Positions 24,522-33,080 of a stretch of DNA of 64,000 bases are shown one piece after another. Below the pieces are notes generated by a model that saw only the letters and a program-made list of their open reading frames with translations, did not search any database and was not told where the DNA came from. Made by a program: the position numbers and the translations under genes. This DNA comes from an uncultured bacterium. GTDB lineage: Bacteria; Patescibacteriota; Patescibacteriia; Magasanikbacterales; GWA2-37-8. Position 1 is the stretch's first letter. Every line of letters starts with the position of its first letter. The stretch covers positions 3,275-67,274 of the forward strand of contig CALCZC010000025.1 in the NCBI GenBank assembly GCA_937903605.1, written 5' to 3'.

Positions 24522-25729
24522 AAATTTTACAGATAAATAAATTTTATTATCGCAAAGGCGGAGCAGACCAGCATTTTTTGGATTTGGTTTCTTTGTTGAA
24601 GGAGCAGGGGAATGAAGTTTCGGTTTTTTCCATGCGCGATAAAAATAATGAAAAAACTGAAGATGAAAAATATTTTGTTTCACATCGCGAGTTCGGTAAG
24701 TTCAATCTAAACGCCTATCTGAGACCTCTGAAAACAATTTATTCTTATGAGGCTAAAAGAAAAATTACCAAATTAATTAAAGATAAGAAACCAGAAATAG
24801 CACATTTGCATCTCATTTATCATCATCTTACCCCTTCCATTTTGCCGGTATTGAAAAAAAATAAAATTCCGGTAGTGGCTACCATTCACGATTGGAAATA
24901 TCTTTGCCCAAATTATTTATTATTTACACAAGACAAAGTTTGTGATCGTTGTAAGGGTGGAAAATATATAAATTGTTTTAAATATAGATGTCTGCACGGG
25001 AGTTTGCCACAAAGTTTTCTCGCTACGATGGAAGCCTATTTTCATCATGCAAAAAAATATTATGAAAATTACATAGATCTATACATAGCGCCAAGTGAAT
25101 TTGTTAGAAATAAATTCATTGAATTTGGTTATCCGGCGAAAAAAATTATTGTTCTACCTCATTTTTTACCAAATGAATTTTTGAAAATAAAAAAAGGAAA
25201 TACCCCAACATCTCTACCTTTGAGTTTTGCCTATGTTGGTAGATTATCTCCGGAAAAAGGTATTGTTCGTTTGGGTCAAATTTGGTTAGAACAAAACATT
25301 CCGTATCGTTTAGAAATTTTTGGTTCCGGTCCGGAAGAAGAAAAAATAAAAAAAATAGTGGAAAAAAGTCACGGGAAAATAGTTTGGCACGGTTTTATGC
25401 CACGAAAAGATATTTTCAAGAATTACGGACGTTTTTGCGCCACTATTTCTCCAAGTGTTTGTTACGAAACATTTGGATTGTCTGTTTTGGAATCTTTGAG
25501 TTTTGATGTTCCGGCTATAGTTAACAGCCTAGGTGGTTTACAAGAATTTACCCGAAAAACTCCGGCGGTCTTGGGTTTTGATATGGAGAAACCGGAAACT
25601 TTATTACCCACTCTTCAAAAATCTTTGGAACCAAAAATCCGAGAAGAGGCGATAAAATTTTGTTTGAATTATCCTACGATGAAAGATTATTATCAAAAAA
25701 TAACGGCTACATATCAAAGTTTGTTATGA
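24518..25729 (+). CDS. glycosyltransferase family 4
   Basis: MKILQINKFYYRKGGADQH… with the GT4 C-domain (…FGLSVLESLSFDVPAIV…). The start overlaps the upstream stop (ATGA). Confidence 0.75.
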   Translation: MKILQINKFYYRKGGADQHFLDLVSLLKEQGNEVSVFSMRDKNNEKTEDEKYFVSHREFGKFNLNAYLRPLKTIYSYEAKRKITKLIKDKKPEIAHLHLIYHHLTPSILPVLKKNKIPVVATIHDWKYLCPNYLLFTQDKVCDRCKGGKYINCFKYRCLHGSLPQSFLATMEAYFHHAKKYYENYIDLYIAPSEFVRNKFIEFGYPAKKIIVLPHFLPNEFLKIKKGNTPTSLPLSFAYVGRLSPEKGIVRLGQIWLEQNIPYRLEIFGSGPEEEKIKKIVEKSHGKIVWHGFMPRKDIFKNYGRFCATISPSVCYETFGLSVLESLSFDVPAIVNSLGGLQEFTRKTPAVLGFDMEKPETLLPTLQKSLEPKIREEAIKFCLNYPTMKDYYQKITATYQSLL

Positions 25730-27729
25730 AATTTTTGAAATTAAAATTTATAATTATATTTTTGATAAGCTTGTTTTTGTTTCCGCAGGAAATTTTTGCG
25801 GCTACGGATAAAAACCCTTCTTTAGCCAATTTTTATTTATATACCCCTATAAACGAGGTTGATGCCAGGGAGTTGGCGAAATGGGACATACTCGTGTTAC
25901 AAATGATTGCTCAAGAAAATAGTGCCGAACAATTGAAATTAATAAAAAAACTTAATCCCAAGATTATTATTTTAGCCTATATCGCTTCCGAAGAATTTCC
26001 GGTAAGTATGTATAAACAATGGGACAAACCAGGTGGTCTTTTCTATCGATTACTTTCGGGGATTACTGATGAGATGTGGTTAAGAGATAGTTCCGGTAAT
26101 CATGTTGCATTTTGGAAAGATAATTGGATGCTCAACGCAACTGACTACCCGACCAAAAATAAAAGATGGAATGAATATTTGGCTGAATTTGTAAACAAAG
26201 AAATTTTATCCACCGGTTTATGGGACGGTGTTTTTTATGATAATGTTTGGGAAAGTGTTGATTGGATAAATGATAAAATTGATGCGGATAATAATAAAAT
26301 TACCGATAAAGCCGATGTCTTAAATAAAAACTGGAGCAATGGTATGAAAAAACTTTTTGCTTTGACCAGGCAGAAGGCTAACAAAAAAATTTATATTATC
26401 GGTAATGGAGACAGAGGGTATTATGGAGACATAAACGGTATTTACTTTGAAAATTTTACCATAAGTCCTTATCTATCTTGGGAAGAAAAGATGAAATTGT
26501 ATCGTCGTTCTTCTTTGACACATGCTTTACCAACAACCCCGATAGTGGGTAATACCGCCCCCAAAGCCAACGGTCAGTTTGATTATAGAAATATGCGTTT
26601 TGGCTTAGGGAGTGCTCTGCTTGAAAATGGTTATTATGCACTTGACGGCGGAGATCAAACTCACCGTGAACGTTGGTGGTATGATGAATACGATTTGAAT
26701 TTGGGCAAACCGTTATCAGAAGCAGCTTCACTTACCGGTTTAAAGGATTATGCCAAAGATTTGTGGCGTCGTGATTTCGAAAATGGAATTGTTTTGGTAA
26801 ATCCAACCGCAAAAGCCATGGAAATTGATTTGGGTGGAGATTTTGAAAAAATATTTGGACGTCAAGATTCTTATGTGAATGACGGAAAAATAGTAAATAG
26901 AGTAAAAATAGGTGCGCGAGACAGTTTGATTTTATTAAAAACTTTTCAAACCCTGACGGATGCTTTTTTTGTTAACGGTGATTTTGTTAGATTTTATTCA
27001 AAAGAGGGGAATAAGGCTAGAAATGGTTTTTTTGCTTTTGACAGTAATTATCCTGGCGGGGCAAAAATATATTCCGGCGATCTTAATGGTAACGGAAAAA
27101 ATGAAAAAGTTATTGTGGATAAGAAAAAACTGGAGATTTTAAACAGCGACGGCGGTAGATGGTTTAATGATTTTCCTTTGGGTTTTGCGATAAAGAGCGA
27201 TTTACAAGTGGCGGTTGGTAAAATATATCCAGGAAAAGAAAAACAAATGTTGGTTACTAGTCAAACATCAAATAAAATTTCTTTCTTAAATTATCACGGA
27301 AAAACACTTAAAGAAAATTTTTATCCGTTAGGAAAAAAATATACAGGAGGATTTACCGGAGCCGTAGGTGATTTGGAAAATGACGGAGCTGGAGAATTTG
27401 TTTTTGGAACAAGTAAAGGTAAAATAGGAGAAGTTGTTGTTTTTGATCAGAATTTAAGTAGAATAAAATTACGTTTTTATCCATACGGAAATAAATATCT
27501 CAGCGGGGTTTATGTAGCGGTTGGTGATATTAACAAAGATGGTAAACAAGAAATTATAACATCGCCGATAGATAGTAACCGAGTGAATATCAAAGTATTT
27601 AGCAATAAAGGAAAGTTACTTCACGAATTTAAAGATCAAACAAGCTTCAATAATAAGACGGGAATTTATACCGAAACTATAGATGTGGATTATGATGGTT
27701 CGATGGAAATTATGGCGATAAGTTTATAA
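25726..27729 (+). CDS. secreted glycoside-hydrolase-like (TIM-barrel GH114-like) protein with C-terminal FG-GAP/VCBS-like repeats
   Basis: Signal peptide MKFLKLKFIIIFLISLFLFPQEIFA. The N-domain has WDILVLQM…GLWDGVFYDNVW, resembling putative polysaccharide hydrolases. The C-terminal repeats are GDLNGNGKNEKVIV, GDLENDGAGEFVFG, GDINKDGKQEIITS and DVDYDGSMEIMAI. The start overlaps the upstream stop. Confidence 0.5.
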   Translation: MKFLKLKFIIIFLISLFLFPQEIFAATDKNPSLANFYLYTPINEVDARELAKWDILVLQMIAQENSAEQLKLIKKLNPKIIILAYIASEEFPVSMYKQWDKPGGLFYRLLSGITDEMWLRDSSGNHVAFWKDNWMLNATDYPTKNKRWNEYLAEFVNKEILSTGLWDGVFYDNVWESVDWINDKIDADNNKITDKADVLNKNWSNGMKKLFALTRQKANKKIYIIGNGDRGYYGDINGIYFENFTISPYLSWEEKMKLYRRSSLTHALPTTPIVGNTAPKANGQFDYRNMRFGLGSALLENGYYALDGGDQTHRERWWYDEYDLNLGKPLSEAASLTGLKDYAKDLWRRDFENGIVLVNPTAKAMEIDLGGDFEKIFGRQDSYVNDGKIVNRVKIGARDSLILLKTFQTLTDAFFVNGDFVRFYSKEGNKARNGFFAFDSNYPGGAKIYSGDLNGNGKNEKVIVDKKKLEILNSDGGRWFNDFPLGFAIKSDLQVAVGKIYPGKEKQMLVTSQTSNKISFLNYHGKTLKENFYPLGKKYTGGFTGAVGDLENDGAGEFVFGTSKGKIGEVVVFDQNLSRIKLRFYPYGNKYLSGVYVAVGDINKDGKQEIITSPIDSNRVNIKVFSNKGKLLHEFKDQTSFNNKTGIYTETIDVDYDGSMEIMAISL

Positions 27730-27734
27730 AAAAT

Positions 27735-27764
27735 ACCCTTGACTTGAAGTCAAGGGTATTTTTT
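27735..27764. terminator. bidirectional Rho-independent terminator
   Basis: acccttgac-ttgaa-gtcaagggt flanked by A- and T-runs, between convergent genes. Confidence 0.7.
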
Positions 27765-27777
27765 ATTTAATTTTTTA

Positions 27778-28692
27778 TTATTTTCCTGTAAAAATACAAA
27801 CAACCGCTCCGGAAAAAACAATTTCGTTTTTCAATTCTTGCATCAATCCGGCCAGAGAAAGCAAAGAGTTATAAGAAGGTTTTTCGTTAGGAAAATAAGA
27901 ATGATAAATTTTTTCTGCTTCCAAAAGTTCGCTGTTTTTGATAATTAAAACTTTTCCTTGATTGTTTTTTATTAATTCGTTTATTTGCGGTTTTCTTCGG
28001 GCGATTTTGTCAACTATGGCTTTGGCCAAAGACGGGTCAGAAGGTAATGAATTTTCAGCAAACGGGTGACAGGAGGTTGTTTGAATCGGATATATTTTTG
28101 GTTTAAGATTTTTTTTGTTAAATCCAAGATAAAGACCTTGGGCGGCAGTACCCGAACTGGTAGGTATAAAAATAGCTTCCAAATTCGGAATTTGCGAAAG
28201 CTCTTCACTGAGTTCCTCATAACCCAAAAGAGAGGTATCATCCGTGCTTTGTCTCAGGTTCTTACCTTTGCCGTTTTTTTCAAATAAAAAAGCACTTTGA
28301 CGAGGATTGAGAGTTTGCCGAATTTTAATCTCCGGACTTATCCCTTTAAATAAGTTTTTAATTTTTTGCAACAATGGTAGATGAGTTACTTGCAATAAAC
28401 GAGCAAGTTTTTCTTTATCTATTTTGTAACCGATATATATTTTTAAATACAATTTATTTTGGGGATTTTTTTCATTATATTCTTTGATAAACAAAGCAGC
28501 GCTCAATGCGGCATTTCCTGAAGAAGAAATAACAAAATTTTTCCAACCGTTTTTTGCATAAAATTCAATCATTTTAGGTATAGATCTACCCTTGTGCGAG
28601 CCATAAGGGTGCAGATCTTCACGTTTGAAATATAAAGCCGGTAAACCCAGTTGTTTGGCCAAATTTTCAGCATTTATTAATGGAGTTTTCAT
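27778..28692 (-). CDS. PLP-dependent enzyme of the Trp-synthase-beta fold (threonine synthase / cysteine synthase-like)
   Basis: …LYFKREDLHPYGSHKGRS… corresponds to the …K.E..NPTGSFKDRG… PLP-lysine motif. ~304 aa. Confidence 0.5.
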   Translation of the reverse strand: MKTPLINAENLAKQLGLPALYFKREDLHPYGSHKGRSIPKMIEFYAKNGWKNFVISSSGNAALSAALFIKEYNEKNPQNKLYLKIYIGYKIDKEKLARLLQVTHLPLLQKIKNLFKGISPEIKIRQTLNPRQSAFLFEKNGKGKNLRQSTDDTSLLGYEELSEELSQIPNLEAIFIPTSSGTAAQGLYLGFNKKNLKPKIYPIQTTSCHPFAENSLPSDPSLAKAIVDKIARRKPQINELIKNNQGKVLIIKNSELLEAEKIYHSYFPNEKPSYNSLLSLAGLMQELKNEIVFSGAVVCIFTGK

Positions 28693-28804
28693 ATATAATA
28701 TCCAATATTTAATATTTATTATTTAAACCTCGGTCTATTGCATTTTTTCTTAAAATCAGTTATAATGTGTCCAGTCTAAAAGATTTTAATTTATCAAAAT
28801 AAAT

Positions 28805-28969
28805 ATGTTATTAATTTGTCCAGAATGTAAAAATGAAGTTGATCTTTCCACTTATCCGAATTTGGATGTTGAACATATTGTAGAATGTGATGTTTGCGGT
28901 ATTACTTTGCAAGTAAAATCTATTGCTGAAGGAAAAATTGAAGCTGAAGTGGTGGATGAAGGAAAATAA
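28805..28969 (+). CDS. LysW-like zinc-ribbon small protein (54 aa)
   Basis: MLLICPECKNEVDLSTYPNLDVEHIVECDVCGITLQVKSIAEGKIEAEVVDEGK. Two CxxC pairs are spaced as in the LysW/amino-group carrier (…CPECGAE.EL……GELV.CEDCGAELEV…), and the tail is acidic. It is below the ORF-track size cutoff. Confidence 0.4.
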   Translation: MLLICPECKNEVDLSTYPNLDVEHIVECDVCGITLQVKSIAEGKIEAEVVDEGK

Positions 28970-29015
28970 AAGTCCGTAAAGTCTCTAAAGTCTGTAAAGT
29001 CCATAAAGTCAAAAT
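28967..29015 (+). repeat. tandem 9-bp microrepeat (TAAAGTCYN, five copies)
   Basis: taaaagtccg taaagtctc taaagtctg taaagtcca taaagtcaa, immediately after the stop codon; exact 9-bp phasing. Confidence 0.7.
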
Positions 29016-29041
29016 TGACGACTTTAAGGACTTGATGGGCA

Positions 29042-30415
29042 TTATGAACTTTCGACTAATCGGTCAATCATTCCTCTAAATCCGTGACTACCCAAGAAAA
29101 CTATTGCGTCTCCCGTGATAGTTTTTTGTTTTAAATAGCTTATTAATTCCTCGTCGTTTTCCAAATAAACAGTATTTTGGTGAGTTTGCGCAATAACAGA
29201 AGTAAGTTGCGACCCGTCCATAACTTTATCTTCTTCTCCTTCTTTTATTTTTATTTTTGTCAAACGCGGGATAATAACCTCGTCGGCATCTTTAAACGCA
29301 TCTTTGTATAAAGGTATTGCTTCTGTTTGCCTATTGCCGGAATTTGGCTCAAATACGGCATATATATTACCCGGATATACTTGTTTGAGGGTTAAAAGAA
29401 TAGATTTGGCTTTAGTCGGAGAATGGGCAATATCATCGTACACAGTAGCGCCACGTGGAGTTGTTCCGCGTTTTTCCAATCGTCTTTTTATTCCCGTAAA
29501 TTTTGATAAAGCGGAAATTATTTTTTCTATCGGTACACCAAGCTCACATGCCATGGCAAAAGCGGCGCAAATATTTTCTGCCATATAAATACCGAGCATC
29601 GGCGAGTTTATTGGATAAGTAGTTTTATTATGATTTATTTCAAAATGTAACCCGCTTTGATCTTGAACAATATTTCCATAAACATAATCACAGGTATTAT
29701 CTATGCCATATGATTTATAAAAAGGAATTTTAAGGGGTTTATTTTTTATTTTTTCTGAAATTAAAATAAGTCCGCTTTGAGGAATGCTACCGATTAATTT
29801 ATTAAAAGCTTCAAAATAACTTTGTTCAGTCGGATAAACGTCCAGATGATCCCAGATCGCATCAGTCAAAAGCAGATGGGTCGGAGCATAAGAAAAGAAC
29901 TTGGCTCTGTCATCCCAACGCGCGGTTTTGTATTCATCTCCTTCTACCACACTTATAATACTGCCTTCCGGTTCATCGGCGCTTACCCCAAGAGAATCGG
30001 ATAATCCGCCAAACATGTAAGTCGGTTTGAAACCCGCGTCTTTTAGGATGAAAGATAGTAATGCGGTGGTGCTAGTTTTACCGTAAGTGCCGGCACATAC
30101 AACAGAAGTTTTTTTGATAAGGTTTTTTGCAATAAGTTCCGGATAAGAAACAAAAGGAATTTTTTCATTTTGTACTTTTTGCCATTCCGGATTTTCACTT
30201 CCTGCCACGTTACCAACTACCACTAAATCAGGCGTTCCCATTTTTTCAGGATGCCAACCGGGATAAAAATTTATTTTGTGATCTTCTAAGTGTGTAGAAA
30301 CAGGCGGATAAAACCCAACATCGCTCCCGGTGACTTTCCAACCTTTTTGTTTCCAGAGTATGGCGAGTGAACTCATCCCGACTCCGCAAATACCGATAAA
30401 GTGGATGTGTTGCAT
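29042..30415 (-). CDS. Mur ligase (UDP-N-acetylmuramate--L-alanine ligase MurC / Mpl-like)
   Basis: MQHIHFIGICGVGMSSLAILWKQKGWKVTGSDVGFYPPVST… is the N-terminal Rossmann motif of MurC/Mpl. The Mur ligase middle domain contains GTYGKTSTTALL. Confidence 0.8.
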   Translation of the reverse strand: MQHIHFIGICGVGMSSLAILWKQKGWKVTGSDVGFYPPVSTHLEDHKINFYPGWHPEKMGTPDLVVVGNVAGSENPEWQKVQNEKIPFVSYPELIAKNLIKKTSVVCAGTYGKTSTTALLSFILKDAGFKPTYMFGGLSDSLGVSADEPEGSIISVVEGDEYKTARWDDRAKFFSYAPTHLLLTDAIWDHLDVYPTEQSYFEAFNKLIGSIPQSGLILISEKIKNKPLKIPFYKSYGIDNTCDYVYGNIVQDQSGLHFEINHNKTTYPINSPMLGIYMAENICAAFAMACELGVPIEKIISALSKFTGIKRRLEKRGTTPRGATVYDDIAHSPTKAKSILLTLKQVYPGNIYAVFEPNSGNRQTEAIPLYKDAFKDADEVIIPRLTKIKIKEGEEDKVMDGSQLTSVIAQTHQNTVYLENDEELISYLKQKTITGDAIVFLGSHGFRGMIDRLVESS

Positions 30416-30418
30416 ATA

Positions 30419-31162
30419 TTATATCTTGATTTTTTTATCATTTTTGGCCAAGAAAGTTTTTGGAAAAAACTTTCTTGCTGTTTTTAGAGCCAAACCAAAC
30501 TTATCTTTTGTTGCGTATTGACCCGCATCAAAATGGGTTAAAAAAAGTTTTTTAACTTTTGACGATATTGCAACTTTACTTGCTTGCTCGGGAGAAGTAT
30601 GTCCCCACCTAAAATCTTTATCATTTGGTAATAAACCACATTCATGAATAAGAATGTCTGCATTTTGTGCCAATTTTATCTCATTTAAACATGGGGCTGT
30701 ATCGCAACAATAAACAACAACCTTATTGTTATCTTTTATTTTTATACCCAGAGTTGGAACAATATGTTTTAGCGCAGTCACTTCAAAATTAAATGGCAAA
30801 ATATAATTTCCGGGTTTTACCACCTTATATTTGATTGGAAATTTATAATTTTTTAACGGGACGGTGAATGGTTTAGAAATTATTTTTGTAATATTATCTT
30901 TGCTTACCTTACTGCAAATAATAGTTAATCCCCGTTTCAATCTCAAACCAGACAAACCATGAAGGCCACAAATATGGTCTATATGTGTATGTGAAATAAA
31001 AAGATAAACAGGTTTGTTTTTTATGATATAGTTTTTAACTTTATATAATCCGAAACCGGCGTCTAAAATAATATATTCTTTGGACGTTTCAACGAGTGTG
31101 CAAATAGTGCTGCCGTTTTTATTATCAAACCAACCATTGGTTCCTAAAAATGTTATTTCCAT
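30419..31162 (-). CDS. metallo-beta-lactamase fold hydrolase
   Basis: MEITFLGTNGW… ISHTHIDHICGL (HxHxDH motif). Confidence 0.65.
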   Translation of the reverse strand: MEITFLGTNGWFDNKNGSTICTLVETSKEYIILDAGFGLYKVKNYIIKNKPVYLFISHTHIDHICGLHGLSGLRLKRGLTIICSKVSKDNITKIISKPFTVPLKNYKFPIKYKVVKPGNYILPFNFEVTALKHIVPTLGIKIKDNNKVVVYCCDTAPCLNEIKLAQNADILIHECGLLPNDKDFRWGHTSPEQASKVAISSKVKKLFLTHFDAGQYATKDKFGLALKTARKFFPKTFLAKNDKKIKI

Positions 31163-31163
31163 A

Positions 31164-31820
31164 TTATTTTTTTTGTAAAATTTCTTTTAATTTTTCAATA
31201 TTATTTTGCCAAATTTTTCCATCAAACCATTCAAATCCCGCAAATTGTGTTTTATAAATTGCTTTTTCATTTTGAGCGCTTCCTAAATAAATATATTTTA
31301 AACCTTGTTCTTTCGCCCACATAATTGCTTTGGTCATCATGCCAATACCTAGATTATTTAGATTATTTTCCAAATTATAAAAAGGATAGGCATAATGCAA
31401 AATATCCGTATTTTGATAGCAGATGCAATAACCGACTGGATCATTATTATATTTATATTCCAATAATAAATTAAAATTATTATCATCACTTGTCAGGAGC
31501 TCTTTGATTTTGTTGGCGGAAAAAGTTTTTTCACCGAATTTTTTGGTGTAAAAATCAACTCCGAGTTTGTGAATATGCCAATCATAATCGGGGTGGGGAA
31601 GTACCACAGTATTTAATTTTACATCTTCGGTTTTGCGTAAAACCCTTTTATTTTCACTACTCAATTCGAATTTATCTAGATTTACACGTACACTCCTGGT
31701 TTGTGTCATTATGCCTTTTCCCAGACGTGTAAAAACAAAACCTTGTTCATACATGGTGTTTATATTATTTTCGGAAAAATCAGAAATAGTTTTTTCTTCC
31801 CAAGACAAGTAGCCGTCCAT
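31164..31820 (-). CDS. aminoacyl-tRNA-protein transferase-like (Bpt / ATE C-terminal domain-like)
   Basis: The C-terminal GLKYIYLGSAQNEKAIYKTQFAGFEWFD resembles the ATE_C/Bpt signature (YxYLGYxxxxSxKMxYKxxFxPxE). 218 aa. Confidence 0.45.
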   Translation of the reverse strand: MDGYLSWEEKTISDFSENNINTMYEQGFVFTRLGKGIMTQTRSVRVNLDKFELSSENKRVLRKTEDVKLNTVVLPHPDYDWHIHKLGVDFYTKKFGEKTFSANKIKELLTSDDNNFNLLLEYKYNNDPVGYCICYQNTDILHYAYPFYNLENNLNNLGIGMMTKAIMWAKEQGLKYIYLGSAQNEKAIYKTQFAGFEWFDGKIWQNNIEKLKEILQKK

Positions 31821-31899
31821 ATTTTTTTAACCTCAATGGATAATTGATAAATTGAAAATTAATTTAAAATTGCAAAATTTAAAATTAAAAATTTTCGTT

Positions 31900-33033
31900 T
31901 TAGTTCATCGACAGCCAAATGGCGATAAGTACAAAAAAGAAATGGATAAGCCAAAAACGCATTACAATTCTTTCTTCACTCCAACCTTTAAATTCAAAAT
32001 GGTGGTGTAGGGGAGACATTTTGAAAAGTCGACGACCCAAAAAACGGCGAAAGAAAACTTGTAAAATTACAGAGATTGCTTCAATATAAAAAATAAATCC
32101 TAAAACTGGTAAAAGAATAGTTTTGTTGATAGCCATGACGTTTATTGCCAAAAGCGCACCAAGACCCAAGGTACCGACATCACCCATTTGGAATCTCGCC
32201 GGTTTTACATTGAAATAAGTATAAGCTATCAAAGCGCCCATAACCGTGGCGTTAAGCAAAGTGAAAGCTGCTCTACCCTCTATCCAGGAGATGGCGGTCA
32301 AACCGGCAAAAGTTATCAAAAGCGAACCTCCGGCTAAACCGTCCAAACCATCAGCTATATTTACGGCATTCGCGGTAAACATAACCAAAAATATTACCAA
32401 AGGAATTATCCACCAAGATAGAGACACAAAGCCGTCAAAAGGGATCCAGAGAGTATGCCACTGTGGTCCTAATTTAAAATAAATCCACCAAGCAGTGATA
32501 GCGCCAGCTAAAAATTGTAGCAAAAGTTTTTCGTGAACCAGTACGCCTTTTCCTGGGTGAGATCCTAAAACAGAGGTACTGCGTTGAAAGATAGTCCAAG
32601 GTAAAGTTAAAATATACCACAAACGCACGTACCATTTTTTATGGACGCGAATAAGGGTTAAAGTCATCGGTAAGGTACGGTTACGTCTTTTTTTACCAAA
32701 AATATTTAATAGGTCGTCGGCCGCGCCCAAAAAAGCGGAAATTCCCATTACCCCGATAGGAACATAAGTATAACTTCGCTCCCAATTAAAAAGTAAAGTA
32801 ATAGCGGTTACTACGATTATTACGAGTAAACCACCCATTATCGGTGTGCCGACTTTGAATAATCTTTCACCGCCTTTCAAAGTAAAATCATATTCAGCGC
32901 TACGAGTTATTTTAAATTTCAAAAGTAGACGCACCAAAATCGGCGCCAAAATAAAAGCACCCATTGCCGCTAAGATTGCATAAAGCAAAGCTTGTTGTAG
33001 GAGATTGGGAGAAAAAGGAAGAAAAGACATCAT
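31900..33033 (-). CDS. mraY: phospho-N-acetylmuramoyl-pentapeptide transferase MraY
   Basis: KVGTPIMGGLLVII, NAVNIADGLDGLAGG, MGDVGTLGLGALLA and a C-terminal HHHF motif. There is a ~40-aa K/R/W-rich insertion in a cytoplasmic loop. Confidence 0.8.
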   Translation of the reverse strand: MMSFLPFSPNLLQQALLYAILAAMGAFILAPILVRLLLKFKITRSAEYDFTLKGGERLFKVGTPIMGGLLVIIVVTAITLLFNWERSYTYVPIGVMGISAFLGAADDLLNIFGKKRRNRTLPMTLTLIRVHKKWYVRLWYILTLPWTIFQRSTSVLGSHPGKGVLVHEKLLLQFLAGAITAWWIYFKLGPQWHTLWIPFDGFVSLSWWIIPLVIFLVMFTANAVNIADGLDGLAGGSLLITFAGLTAISWIEGRAAFTLLNATVMGALIAYTYFNVKPARFQMGDVGTLGLGALLAINVMAINKTILLPVLGFIFYIEAISVILQVFFRRFLGRRLFKMSPLHHHFEFKGWSEERIVMRFWLIHFFFVLIAIWLSMN

Positions 33034-33080
33034 AATTAGTATACAGTATTTAGTATTAAGTATTTAAAATTGGATAAGAC

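Noticed and set aside
29042-30415. Definitive assignment of the Mur ligase as murC versus mpl.
   Set aside because: N-terminal motifs (GICGVGMS, YPPVST) are compatible with both MurC and Mpl. Without an alignment the call is left at family level.
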